This document shows positions 20,045-30,181 of a stretch of DNA of 62,532 nt, piece after piece. This DNA is from Candidatus Bathycorpusculum soli. Its GTDB lineage: Archaea > Thermoproteota > Bathyarchaeia > Bathyarchaeales > Bathycorpusculaceae. A program made the position numbers and the translations under genes. The DNA lies in NCBI GenBank assembly GCA_031277345.1, contig JAITMO010000067.1:1-62532 (forward strand), in the 5' to 3' direction. The notes under the pieces are model-generated. The model searched no databases. It saw only the letters and a program-made list of their open reading frames with translations, and was not told where the DNA came from. Within the stretch, counting starts at the first letter, position 1; every line of letters begins with the position of its first letter.

Positions 20045-21037
20045 TTATTCGCAGACCTCTATGGAGTCTACTTTTCCATCACCGTCTAGATCATATCCTT
20101 GTATAACTGTTGCGAAAGTGTTTTTGGTGTTGTCGTAGTATTGGAGGGTTTTTTCCCAAAAGTTTGTTAGGGCTAACACACAGGCTTTGGTTCCAACTGC
20201 TTTGTTTCCGGCGATGACAATTATGTGTTTATCTTTGTTCCACGGGTTTGTGATTTTAGCTATTAAACCTGCGCTGTCTGAGGTATAGTTTTTTTGTGTT
20301 TTTTTGGAAATTAATCCGCCAAATAGAAAGCCTTGGTTGGATGGATGCATTTGGAATTTGATAGGTAAATGCTCGTTAATTTCTTGTGTTAGCAAGTTTG
20401 TGCCCGGTCCTCCAACGAGTATTAGGCTGTTTTTTTCTTCTTTTTCGACTTTTACGTCGACATCAAGTTTTATGGCGAATTCATCAGCATGTGTTCTGGC
20501 GAATTGGCCTATAGATAGGGCTAGGTGTGCTGCGTAGTGTCCGTCTCGGGCGCTTGTTTTAAATGGGCCGTGTGGTTGTGGGCTGCCTACTATGATTTTT
20601 CCGTCGAGTATGTTGTTGTTTAGGAATTCTTGGAAAAATTTTTGTAGTGTCTCTGGGGTGTTTTGGTTATTATGGTAGTTGTTTTGTGTTGTTGTGGTTG
20701 TTTGTGGTTGTTTTGTGGGGAGTTCTATGCCGAATGCTGGTGAGGTGGTTTTGTAGTATTTGGCTGTGGCGCCTTTTTTGTTTTCTTCTTTTTGTATGGT
20801 GATTGCACCGGTTTTTTCCATTTTGTGTATGTGGTAGTAGATTTTTTGTTCATGCATGTTTAGTTGTTTGGCGATTTCTATGGGGTACATTTCTTTTTCT
20901 ATAAGCATTGTTAGTATTTTCCAGCTTAGGTTTCCAAGTATCGTTTTTAGGTCTTGGGGGTTTTGTAGGATGCTGATTTCTGTTGTTGTTTGTGTTTTGT
21001 TATTGTTGTTGGTTTGGAGTAGACGCTTTTTTTCCAT
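20045..21037 (-). CDS. ArsR-type wHTH regulator with large C-terminal domain
   Basis: N-terminal wHTH (MYPIEIAKQL...KIYYHI..ME..G); LILVGGP.TN S-layer-like motif; C-terminal DLDGDG Ca-binding-like loop. Confidence 0.8.
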   Translation of the reverse strand: MEKKRLLQTNNNNKTQTTTEISILQNPQDLKTILGNLSWKILTMLIEKEMYPIEIAKQLNMHEQKIYYHIHKMEKTGAITIQKEENKKGATAKYYKTTSPAFGIELPTKQPQTTTTTQNNYHNNQNTPETLQKFFQEFLNNNILDGKIIVGSPQPHGPFKTSARDGHYAAHLALSIGQFARTHADEFAIKLDVDVKVEKEEKNSLILVGGPGTNLLTQEINEHLPIKFQMHPSNQGFLFGGLISKKTQKNYTSDSAGLIAKITNPWNKDKHIIVIAGNKAVGTKACVLALTNFWEKTLQYYDNTKNTFATVIQGYDLDGDGKVDSIEVCE

Positions 21038-21278
21038 TCTGTATCGCGGTTATTTTTGGTTACTGTTATAAAAAATTTGTTTATGGTTTTTGTGTTTGTA
21101 TAGTTTGTTTTTTTATGTTTTTATATGTTGTTTGGTTAAATGTCAAAAATGTTTTTAGTGGTGGTAGTGTTTTTGTGTAGTGTTCTTTGTTTTTGTTATT
21201 GACTATGATGTTAATAGAATTGTGGGTTTGTGGTTTTAGTTGTCAAGGGTTTTTGGTAACAATTTTTTGTGTGATGTT

Positions 21279-22322
21279 TTAGTTAAACCATTTTTCTAGT
21301 GATGTTTTGCCTTTTTGTTTTTTGTTTCCTGTATCTATGCGTTCAAGGGTTTTTTGGATACGTTCTTTGGAGAATTCTTTTGTTTCACAGAGAAAATCTA
21401 TGATACCTTGGTGGTTGAGGCTTTTCCACTCGATTTTATAGTTGTCTGAGACTTTTGGATGTAGGAATATGTCTCTGATTTTATTTGGCTCTACTGGGAA
21501 TGTAGCATCTTTGATGTGTGTGAGCGCTGTTTCTAGGTTTTTATGTTCTTTTATTAGTTTTAGTGCGGTTTTTGGTCCTATACCTTTTATGCCGTCTGGG
21601 TTAAAGTCCGTGCCAATTAGGATACCTACGTCAACTAATTGTTCATAGTTTAGTTTGCAAAAGTTTAGTGCTTTAGATAGTTCTGCTACTTCAGGTGTTA
21701 TTTCTGTGTAAATATTTCTGCCTGGTATTTTACGTCTGCCTGAAATTGTAACGTTGCGTAATAGTTTGGGTGCTCCAAAGAGTAGACTATCGTAGTCTTG
21801 ACTTGTGCAGTAGTCTGCATCACCTTTTTTGGTTATGTGTGCTGCTTGAGCCTCGCCTTCTCCCGGTGCTTGTATCCAGGGTAATCCCATGAGTTCTAAT
21901 AATTTTATGCTATCGTCTAGCATGTAGTCTTTCATGGTCGTGGCGGCTTGGGCGTATTTGCGCATTTTAGCAGTGTCACCGGCGGTGGCAGCTTTTTCGT
22001 ATTCTGCTATAGCTTGGACTTTGATTTGTTTTCGGCGTTCAATTTCTGTGGCTTTAAGTGCGGGGGATTCACCGTCAAAGATGTAAACTGGTTTTAACCC
22101 TCTTTCGATGAGGTTGCCTGTACGATAGAACAGTCCGCTTAGGTGGCTTGTAATAGTTCCTGTGCTATCTTTTAGTGGTGTACCATCTGGTTGTCGTATA
22201 CTGCTTAGAAATTGGTACATAGCGTTGTATGCATCTATAGCGATTACTTTACCACTTAAATCTTCTAGTTTTACTGGACTCTTTGGTATTAAATCTTTAA
22301 AGTTTACGCCCAAAATAGACAC
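21279..22322 (-). CDS. fen: Flap endonuclease 1
   Basis: IDAYNAMYQF, APGEGEAQAA, SQDYDSLLFG, GTDFNP.GIKGIGPKTA, and C-terminal PIP-box-like SLEKWF. Confidence 0.97.
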   Translation of the reverse strand: MSILGVNFKDLIPKSPVKLEDLSGKVIAIDAYNAMYQFLSSIRQPDGTPLKDSTGTITSHLSGLFYRTGNLIERGLKPVYIFDGESPALKATEIERRKQIKVQAIAEYEKAATAGDTAKMRKYAQAATTMKDYMLDDSIKLLELMGLPWIQAPGEGEAQAAHITKKGDADYCTSQDYDSLLFGAPKLLRNVTISGRRKIPGRNIYTEITPEVAELSKALNFCKLNYEQLVDVGILIGTDFNPDGIKGIGPKTALKLIKEHKNLETALTHIKDATFPVEPNKIRDIFLHPKVSDNYKIEWKSLNHQGIIDFLCETKEFSKERIQKTLERIDTGNKKQKGKTSLEKWFN

Positions 22323-22857
22323 ACTCTAAAATAAAGATAAATGAAATAATTAATAGCTTTAACTCTCTTTTTTTCATTCCTGTGTTTGTTGTTTGGGTTG
22401 GTTTGAATAGATTTTATGTTTTGATGTCTGCCGTGATGCGTTTTAGTTATTTTTAATTTTTGACTCTTGTTTTTGGTTGTTTGCTAGTGTTATTTTGTGT
22501 TTTGTTGAAGTGTGAATTGTTTTTTATTGCAGTTTTTGGCTAAAAATTAAATACTTTGTTATTTTTTACCTGCCTAAATTGTATGTCAAATTTCACCATT
22601 TTCCTGTGGGTCAAGTTAAGAGTGTGCCGGTTAGTCCAAAGAGAATTTCTTTTCCAAGTCGAGGTATGCATCACGCTGTTGTTGGTTTACATTAATTTTT
22701 GGCTTTTCAAAAGAAAACTGTTCATTAACTTTTTAGGCCCAGTCTCATAATGAGATGGTCCTCATTTTTATCCCTAACCTATATTAGTAAACAATCATGG
22801 TCTTTAGCCACAAGTTTGACTAGTATGTCACGCTGTTGATGGACTTTTAAGAGTTGT

Positions 22858-24210
22858 TTACTTTTGAAATTTTATAATGTTTGTATAATTGGGTGATAAG
22901 GTGTAAGTGGGATCATCATACACTATGTCCAGAGTATACCCGTATGTGTTTAAGGTTGTTTGAGTTAAATCCCAAATTCTGCCTGATGTGTCGTCTGCTT
23001 TAAAAACGCCCCAAACAGTATCTTCACGCCATCTTAAACCTCCACCAAAATTTTTGGGTAGAATTAGTACTGAATTAGCCTCAATTGTATTTGGTTTAAT
23101 ATGTGGGTTTTCTACAACATCACGCCAGAAACGTTTCAAGGCGTTAAAATGTTCGTTTTTAAGTGTGCCGTAGGGATTTGATGCGTCTTCTTCATAAAAG
23201 TTAAACAGAACCATGTACTTTGCTCCACATTCGTATGATGTTTTTAGTTGATTGTAGATTTCGTCTCCGCTGTCAAGATATGGTGGATTATTATATCGCC
23301 AAGTGACTATTACTCCCCAGTCTTTGTTTTGTGTAACTGCTGCTCCACGGCAAAGTGAGATTTGTTGGTTGAGGGAAATGTTCCATCCTAGTTGTGTGAG
23401 AATTACGTCGTATCCTGACTGATAATTATACCAATAGAGCACATAGTCGGAACTAAAAACGGTGGTTGATTTTTTTAGAAAATTTAGGTCATTAGTGTTT
23501 TGGGTTGTGATTTGTTGGACTATTTCTTCATTAGTTTTGAGCGGTCGATTAGCTGATAGTTTTTGGTAAGTAGTTGTCGCTGTTGCTCCATGTTGTAGGA
23601 TTATCGTGCCGTCAGGTTTGTATGTTGAGTATTTTCCTTCGCCGTTGTTTGTAGGTTCATAGAGGTTTATGTTGCCATCAATTTCGTAATGTATGATTTC
23701 TCCGTTTGCTTTTTCTACTACAATATCGCCGTAGCGTGTTTTTGTTATGGCGTTTCCTGTAATGGGATCGGTGAATTTGTAGTAATCGTCAAGCATTTTT
23801 CCTCCTAGCTCGTCACGGTAGTAAATTCCAAGTAGGTGGTCGTTCCAGCGTTGTTTTGCAGAGTCAAGCCAAGTGGCAAGGGAAGCTTCGATATAATTGC
23901 CAAAGTATGGTATAAAGTATAGTCCGGTGGCAACTGCATAGTCTCCTATTTCATTTATGGCATCTGGGTTTCTTTGGAGATTGCCTGATTGTAAAATAAA
24001 GAGGTTAGTATATGTTTTAACTTTGTTTATGAGTTGTTTAGCTTCAGATACTGAGTTACCGCCGTAAGTTACGCCGACAAATGTTGAAGTGTTCTTGTTT
24101 TTTTGTTGTTTTGAATGTTGGATTGAATAAGCCATAATAGTTGATAAAACAATTATTACAATTAATATTGTTGCGAGAATGGTTTTTTGTTTTTTGAACA
24201 TATGGCTCAC
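22858..24210 (-). CDS. Membrane-anchored secreted protein, possible glycoside-hydrolase-like TIM barrel
   Basis: N-terminal TM; LGIYYRDELGG, FSSDY.LYW, LCRGAA..Q.KDWG, YECGAKY. Function not established. Confidence 0.7.
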   Translation of the reverse strand: MSHMFKKQKTILATILIVIIVLSTIMAYSIQHSKQQKNKNTSTFVGVTYGGNSVSEAKQLINKVKTYTNLFILQSGNLQRNPDAINEIGDYAVATGLYFIPYFGNYIEASLATWLDSAKQRWNDHLLGIYYRDELGGKMLDDYYKFTDPITGNAITKTRYGDIVVEKANGEIIHYEIDGNINLYEPTNNGEGKYSTYKPDGTIILQHGATATTTYQKLSANRPLKTNEEIVQQITTQNTNDLNFLKKSTTVFSSDYVLYWYNYQSGYDVILTQLGWNISLNQQISLCRGAAVTQNKDWGVIVTWRYNNPPYLDSGDEIYNQLKTSYECGAKYMVLFNFYEEDASNPYGTLKNEHFNALKRFWRDVVENPHIKPNTIEANSVLILPKNFGGGLRWREDTVWGVFKADDTSGRIWDLTQTTLNTYGYTLDIVYDDPTYTLSPNYTNIIKFQK

Positions 24211-24400
24211 ACAGAGCTATTTATATTACTGATAAGATTAAGTGTCTTATAATTTTTTCCTTTAAATGCAAAGTTATGTGTTAATTGTGTGATGAATTGT
24301 GTGTTAGAAAATAAAAATTTTTTGAGAATCGTTATTTTGTATTGTATGATACGACATTAAAGTTAAATACTGTGTATGCTATATTATATTGGGGTTTAGT

Positions 24401-27016
24401 ATGTTAAATAGGAAAAATAGAAAAGTTGTGTGTCTTATTACGTGTCTGTTTATACTTGGAATTATTATTCCAACGCAGATCTCTCTTGTACATTCATCTA
24501 TAGGTTCAATTAGGATAAATAAGACTACTGTAAGCGATGTAAATCAACAGGTACATGCTGGTGATGATGTGAATCTGTATTTTGGGGATTCAAGTATCAA
24601 ATGGGCAGGTACTAGTTTTTACCTCCTTTTGAGTCGTGATCTTTCAGCTACTGTTTCACCAGGTGACTACGTTTATTCTCCTATGTTTTCAGTAGCAATG
24701 CTTAAAGATTCAACTCTGACACATTCGTATTCAAACAGTGAAGGTTCATGGGTTATTGGAAATAACTGGATAAACGGTACTTTTGCACGTAATATGGCTG
24801 CAGGACGTTATTCTGTTAAAGTTTTTGATTTTGGCGTTGCAGGTTCAGAAGTCGATACAAATAATGTTGCAGTAACCGATACATACATAAATGTACTTAC
24901 CTCTCCATCAAATCAGTTTACCTTTAACCTTTCTCCACATAATGGTACTGGTGGAATTCCCGTTACCTTTAGTGGTTCAGGCTATTTACCTAACACAGCA
25001 CTTGTCATTACATATTATGATCCAGTATATTTAACATATAAAGCTTGGAAAGACATAGTAACCGATTCGTCAGGAAGTTTTTCATTTACTGAAATTATGC
25101 CTGATTTAGGAAAATCTAACCAGCAAGGAGATAACTCAGGAGCTGTTAATCACGTTCAATTTAGTGTAACGTATCAAGGTGTACCATACAGTTTTGCAAC
25201 TTATACCCAGTATGCACGAGGAATTAAAAGCGTAGGTAATCAAATAGCTTCTGGTCTTTATGGAAACGGCACCAGTTTAGTTTCAACTGTTAACTTTAAA
25301 GCAGGTGATACATTTACAATTACAGGTAAATGGTTCCATCCTGGAGTTATTTACGTCTTGCTCGACAGTCAAGCAACTGTTGGAACAGTAACCCATAATC
25401 AATGGAGAAGTGCAATAAAACTAGTCAGTACAACAACTGATCAATCAGGCAATTTTACAGCAACAGTAACCCTCCCCACCACAATTGATGGCGGTGAACA
25501 TTACATAGCTATTGAAGATTCAACAGGTAACTTTTTTATAATAAAAATCTTGGTAACAACAGGTACTTTTCAAATTTCACCAGCTTCAGGTCCAGGCGGT
25601 GCAAAAATACAATATACTGGCTCAGGTTATCCACCGTTTAGTAATGTTGACATAGAGTATCAGGATAGACTTTATAGTTCCTGGAACTATTGGATAACTG
25701 TACGCGCAGACGCTAATGGAAACATTAATTTAAATGAAAAAATTCCCGATCTGAAAAAAACAAATTATGCCGGTGATTATGGTTCTGTTTATTCACAGAT
25801 ATCTTTTAGAACAAAAGTTAATAACACCGATTACGCATACGCGGAATACACTCAATATGCACGTGGGTTAAAACAGGTCGGAAGTAAAATAGCATCAACC
25901 CTTTATGGAAACTCTACTAACTTTGAAAGTTACAACTTGAAAGTAACACCTGGAGAAACCATAACAATTTCGGGCCGTTACTTCCATCCAGGTGATGTAA
26001 TTTACATTCGCTGGGATGGAGTGGCAGTTGTAAATACTGTAACTCCAAATCAATGGACTACTGCAGAAATAATCGGAACTTCAATAGTCGACGCACAAGG
26101 ATCATTTACTACAACAGTTAAAATCCCCACAGCATCCAATGGACTACACTGGGTATCTATAGAAGACTCACAAACCAATTTCATAATAAAACTACCCTTA
26201 GCATCAACTACAACACCTTCACCAACACCAACATCTGGTTCGAATTCTAGTAAACCATCACCTTCACCGTCTTTGTCACCCAGTAAGTTGACACCTGTAA
26301 TTGGCCTCCACTGTAAGAGCTTGCCTCTTAATGGTGGATTTAGAGTGGATATTAGCGGTACATGCACAAGTAATAATGAAGCCCTTGCAAACAAAACAGT
26401 TCAACTATATGTCAGCAAAGACGGTAGCCGAACATGGGAACCTCTAACATTAGTTAATACAGATAATGCAGGTAAATTCAGTGCAGTTTGGGTATCTCAA
26501 ACATCAGGAATATTTTTAATTAAAGCTGAATGTGCTGCAGATGTAACATATAATTCATCAGTAGCAACAGTAACCGTTGCAATTGAACCAGCTAAAGAAG
26601 GCAGTAAAGAAAACACTGTATTTACAATGACCTCCAATTCAACTATATCACAACTTAGTTTTAATTCAGAAACCAGCGAATTAGGCTTTACCGCATCTGG
26701 AACAACAGGAACAACAGGATACGTTAGCGTAAACATACCGCAAACACTCATCAAAGACATCTCAAATCTTAAAGTGTACCTTGACGGTAACGAAATCACG
26801 TTTAGTAGTTCACAAGAATCTGATGCCTGGATTATTACCATCACATACACACATAGCACACATACAATCATAATGAATTTAACCAGTGATGCTCAAAATC
26901 AAAACACTGACTCGTCTATAGTATGGATAGTTGTTGCATTCGTCCTTATAAGTTCAGTAATTACTGTCGTTGCCATTGTTGCTATGAAGAAAAACCAATA
27001 CGCAACAACGAACTAA
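24401..27016 (+). CDS. Large cell-surface protein with a duplicated Ig-like module, S/T/P linker and C-terminal TM
   Basis: Signal peptide; 215-aa tandem duplication (units start at about 24923 and 25568); TTTPSPTPTS linker; NSTISQLSFN...YTHSTH domain; TM plus basic tail. Confidence 0.85.
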   Translation: MLNRKNRKVVCLITCLFILGIIIPTQISLVHSSIGSIRINKTTVSDVNQQVHAGDDVNLYFGDSSIKWAGTSFYLLLSRDLSATVSPGDYVYSPMFSVAMLKDSTLTHSYSNSEGSWVIGNNWINGTFARNMAAGRYSVKVFDFGVAGSEVDTNNVAVTDTYINVLTSPSNQFTFNLSPHNGTGGIPVTFSGSGYLPNTALVITYYDPVYLTYKAWKDIVTDSSGSFSFTEIMPDLGKSNQQGDNSGAVNHVQFSVTYQGVPYSFATYTQYARGIKSVGNQIASGLYGNGTSLVSTVNFKAGDTFTITGKWFHPGVIYVLLDSQATVGTVTHNQWRSAIKLVSTTTDQSGNFTATVTLPTTIDGGEHYIAIEDSTGNFFIIKILVTTGTFQISPASGPGGAKIQYTGSGYPPFSNVDIEYQDRLYSSWNYWITVRADANGNINLNEKIPDLKKTNYAGDYGSVYSQISFRTKVNNTDYAYAEYTQYARGLKQVGSKIASTLYGNSTNFESYNLKVTPGETITISGRYFHPGDVIYIRWDGVAVVNTVTPNQWTTAEIIGTSIVDAQGSFTTTVKIPTASNGLHWVSIEDSQTNFIIKLPLASTTTPSPTPTSGSNSSKPSPSPSLSPSKLTPVIGLHCKSLPLNGGFRVDISGTCTSNNEALANKTVQLYVSKDGSRTWEPLTLVNTDNAGKFSAVWVSQTSGIFLIKAECAADVTYNSSVATVTVAIEPAKEGSKENTVFTMTSNSTISQLSFNSETSELGFTASGTTGTTGYVSVNIPQTLIKDISNLKVYLDGNEITFSSSQESDAWIITITYTHSTHTIIMNLTSDAQNQNTDSSIVWIVVAFVLISSVITVVAIVAMKKNQYATTN

Positions 27017-27633
27017 CCACATTTTTTATTAAAATTTACCGTGAATTCTATGGCCGTTAGGTTGTAGATGAAGTGGCCGTGTGCTTTTAGTTTTGTTGGT
27101 TGTGTTTTTCATAGGTGCCATTTTTGGGTCTGTCGTCTATTAGACTGTGTTAAGCGCTAAAATTAAACTTGTCAAGCCGCTACTTATAGTGTGTATATCC
27201 TGGTTTTCCGCTAACTTGAAATGAGTTGATATGTTGGTTTTAGTTCTAGACATGGCGTCTTTAAAGTTACTGTTTTTGTGGGCATTATTTTTTCACTATA
27301 AGTCGTGTCGCGTAATGATGAATTTTTGTAGTGATTTTTTGAAATTGGCTTGAATTTTTTGTTTCTAATGTAGTAAAAATGGCTGATTAATGGTTGAATG
27401 TGTGATAAATATTTTTGTTTATTGTGCACAGTACATCATTATGTGTTTTGGGAATGCAGGTAGTAAGGGTTGTGTTGTTGTTTTTTGTATGTTTGATTGT
27501 TTTTGGGTGTTGTGGGTGTGTTTGTTTGGGTTGTTTGGTGTTTTTTGTTGATTTGCGACTAAATCATGTGTTTTTTTGAGCATAGCAGTTATAAGTAACC
27601 CTTACATTAGAAACCGCAAGAAGTGTAGCAGTC

Positions 27634-27819
27634 ATGACAGAAAGAAATGTATTATCTATGGTAACTTGCACAAGTTGTGGGAAACCAATTGCGCCGGGGT
27701 CAGAATCTACAAAGTTTCTGTGTCCAAGTTGTGGCGAAATGCAAATTAAGCGGGATGGAAAATGCCGTAAATTCGGTCGTCTTTATAAATGTCCAAAATG
27801 TGGTTTTCAAGGGCCATAG
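27634..27819 (+). CDS. Zn-ribbon protein, HVO_2753/DUF1610 family
   Basis: CTSC, CPSCG and CPKCGFQGP motifs; canonical position upstream of aEF-1beta. Confidence 0.92.
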   Translation: MTERNVLSMVTCTSCGKPIAPGSESTKFLCPSCGEMQIKRDGKCRKFGRLYKCPKCGFQGP

Positions 27820-27837
27820 CTGATATTGGTGAATTTG

Positions 27838-28119
27838 ATGGGCGCTATTCTTGTAACATATAAGGTCTTTCCTGAAGATATAGTGGCAAGTTTTGATTCT
27901 CTAAAAACTGAAATTGTGAAAATTCTTCCTGAGGGCTCTAAAATTGAGGGTTGGGGTGAAGAACCAGTTGCTTTTGGTTTAGTTGCTTTACTTGTTCAAC
28001 TGCGATTCCCTGAAGATGTTATGGGTCTTGTTGATGAATTTGAAGTTGAGATGAGTAAAATTGCAGGTGTAAGTCAGGTTCAAACTTTCCAGATTCGTAG
28101 AACAAGTAAAGATTTTTAA
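27838..28119 (+). CDS. ef1b: Translation elongation factor aEF-1 beta
   Basis: KVFPED, EEPVAFGL motifs. Confidence 0.93.
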   Translation: MGAILVTYKVFPEDIVASFDSLKTEIVKILPEGSKIEGWGEEPVAFGLVALLVQLRFPEDVMGLVDEFEVEMSKIAGVSQVQTFQIRRTSKDF

Positions 28120-28213
28120 CCTCTTTTTATTTGTTTGTATCTAAATTTTTTGTTATCTGTTGTTGTTACCAAAACACACTTAGGAAAGCATTCTTGGTTA
28201 AGAGCGTGAATGT

Positions 28214-28690
28214 ATGTCTGATTTGGCTAATAGTTGTGAATATCTAACGGTTGATAAAAGCTGTGTTGTTTTTAGTGATAACTCTAAAGCGAGAGCTAAC
28301 CGGCAGTTGAATTGTAAGAATAATCAAAAAAATGCTTGTTGTTATTTGTGTGTTTTTAGGCTTCAATGTGCTATTTGTTGTAAGTACTTGGGGCAGTCTG
28401 AGAATTGTGTGGCGCCTAAATCTGTTATTGAAGCTGATGGCGATGATGTGTGTGTAGTTGATACCGGTCTTGCGTCTGGGTCTTTACAACTCGAGCATGT
28501 TCCTGTTGTTTTTTGTTTTTCTTGTAATGTGGCTATGGCTTGGGCCAAAACTCAGTTTATTGTAGATAATTGGTGTGGTAATACGTTTCCATTAATTAGT
28601 GGTAAAACGTTACCTGTGACTGTACTTTTATGTCCAAAATGTGGTAAGATTGAGTTTAAGTCAGCTTTTGTGTGTAAAGAGGAAATGTGA
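28214..28690 (+). CDS. Cys-rich hypothetical protein with C-terminal Zn ribbon
   Basis: N-terminal C..C..CCYLC..C..CC cluster; CFSC...CPKCGKIEF. Confidence 0.7.
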   Translation: MSDLANSCEYLTVDKSCVVFSDNSKARANRQLNCKNNQKNACCYLCVFRLQCAICCKYLGQSENCVAPKSVIEADGDDVCVVDTGLASGSLQLEHVPVVFCFSCNVAMAWAKTQFIVDNWCGNTFPLISGKTLPVTVLLCPKCGKIEFKSAFVCKEEM

Positions 28691-28932
28691 GTATGGTTCA
28701 TCGTAGGGTTCGTGGTGGTAAATTTAAAATTAAGTATGTGGAAAAGCCTTGTCCTGTGGAATTAGGACAGGAGATTGATGTGACTATAATTGATTTAGCT
28801 CCCAATGGTGATGGTCGGTTGAATGTTCGTGGGTTTAGTATACTTGTGCCTAAGGCTAAGCCTCGTGATAGTGTAAAAGTTAGAATAGTTAGTGTTAATG
28901 AAAAGTATGCTGTTGGTCATGTGATTTCGTAA
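28687..28932 (+). CDS. Single-TRAM-domain RNA-binding protein
   Basis: PVELGQEIDVTI..GDG...GFSILVP.AKP.D.VKVRI..V...YA. Confidence 0.9.
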   Translation: MSMVHRRVRGGKFKIKYVEKPCPVELGQEIDVTIIDLAPNGDGRLNVRGFSILVPKAKPRDSVKVRIVSVNEKYAVGHVIS

Positions 28933-28958
28933 ATTATGTTTTTTGTTGTGGTTGTTGT

Positions 28959-29705
28959 TTATTTGTTTGTGAAGTAGTCTGTTAGTGTTGTGGTTTCTGT
29001 TGGGTAGTCTGCGATGCCTAGCATGTATGTTGGGTGTTTTTCTAGTTCGATTTCGCTATTGTAGAGTGTTTTGGTGAAGGCTATGTTTATGTTAGTTTTT
29101 GTGAGGGTTGCTTCTTTGAGTTTTGTGTTTCTTTTTGTGTTGTTGTGTGGTAAGTATGTGGTGATTATGATTATTTGATGTTTTTTTGTGAGGCTTGATA
29201 GGTAGTTAAGTATTTGGTTGTATATGGTTTGTGTTTCTTCTTCGGGGATGTTTTCGTCTAGGAAGTGTTTTGCGATGTCTGTGATGATTATTATTTTGGC
29301 ATTGTGTTTTTTTATAGTTTTTTCTAGTTTTTCTGTTATTAGACTTGTTAGTTTGTATGCGGTGGTGGTTTGTTTGGTGATGATGTTTTTGAGGGTTTTG
29401 TGTGGGTCGAGTCCGTGTTGTTTTGCTAAGTGCGTTGTTTTGTGTTGTTTGTAGGTGTTTTCGTTGTTGATGTATATTATTTTGCTTGCAAGTCCGCCTT
29501 GTTGTTTTGGTATTTGTGTTCGGACGCATATTCTTGTGGTGAATGGTGTTATTGCTGTTGGTGTTCCGTGTAGTACTGCGAAGTCGCCTGGTTTAAAGCA
29601 GGGGAAGAGTTGGTCTATGCTTGGTATGTTTAGTGTTAGGTGTGATGGTTTTTGTTGTTGTGTTAGTGTTGTTGTTGGTTTTGTGAGTAGTTTTTGTGTC
29701 ATCAT
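28959..29705 (-). CDS. RadA/RadB-like RecA-fold protein lacking Walker A (probably inactive ATPase)
   Basis: LTLNIPSIDQLF, GGLASKIIYINNENTY and IIIITD are Rad51-like motifs; the P-loop reads HGTPTAI with no GKT. Confidence 0.75.
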   Translation of the reverse strand: MMTQKLLTKPTTTLTQQQKPSHLTLNIPSIDQLFPCFKPGDFAVLHGTPTAITPFTTRICVRTQIPKQQGGLASKIIYINNENTYKQHKTTHLAKQHGLDPHKTLKNIITKQTTTAYKLTSLITEKLEKTIKKHNAKIIIITDIAKHFLDENIPEEETQTIYNQILNYLSSLTKKHQIIIITTYLPHNNTKRNTKLKEATLTKTNINIAFTKTLYNSEIELEKHPTYMLGIADYPTETTTLTDYFTNK

Positions 29706-29846
29706 TTTGGTGTGTCTTCCTTGTTGGTGTTTGTGTTTTTTAGCTATTTAAGGTGTTCATTGAAACTACTCTGTGGTGCTGGAGAGGGGTAAGTTAAAGT
29801 GAAACTGTTTTTCGTCAAAACTTTGTTTTTGTAGGTATGTTTGTGT

Positions 29847-29910
29847 GGGTCAGTGTTGTTTGACGATTTCTCACTGCTTGTGGCTCAAAGCCGTCGCCTC
29901 ACATCATTCC
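29847..29910 (-). ncRNA. Candidate C/D-box methylation guide sRNA
   Basis: Minus strand: C box AUGAUGU, guide GAGGCGACGGCU, D' UUGA, C' GUGAGAA, guide AUCGUCAAACAACA, D CUGA. TATA-like GATAAAT about 25 nt upstream. Confidence 0.6.
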
Positions 29911-30103
29911 GTATTGTTGATGGTTGTGGTGAATTTATCGGTTTTGTTTGTTTTGTTGGTTTGTAAGGGCGAAAAATTGGTGCAGATGTCTTTTTTGGAT
30001 TTGTTTTTTTGGATATTTTTTCGTCATTTGTCGTATCTAAATCTTTAAAATTACCTATAGACAATGTGGGTAATAATCGCTTTAGTGTGAGGTGAAAGAG
30101 AGT

Positions 30104-30181
30104 ATGTTGATGTACCGTATTGACGAGGATGAAGAGTGGGAAGAAGGCGAAGATGAAGAATGGGAAGAGGAAGAATGGTAA
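30104..30181 (+). CDS. 25-aa hyperacidic Trp-containing micropeptide (MLMYRIDEDEEWEEGEDEEWEEEEW)
   Basis: TATA box TTTAAAA at about 30044, SD GAGGTGA at 30089-30095, purine-rich ORF in a T-rich background, T-run terminator after the stop. Confidence 0.7.
   Translation: MLMYRIDEDEEWEEGEDEEWEEEEW

Noticed and set aside
22590-22855. Possible RNase P RNA on the minus strand (AAAAGTCC; repeated TCACGCTGTTG)
   Set aside because: Lacks the full GAGGAAAGUCC and the 3' conserved P4 strand, and is AT-rich. More likely a decayed ORF.
27040-27430. Possible TnpB or other IS remnant on the minus strand
   Set aside because: No diagnostic motif could be read with confidence.
29755-29770. Isolated ATTGAAAC resembling a CRISPR repeat end
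   Set aside because: Single occurrence with no similarity to the rest of the 37-bp repeat.
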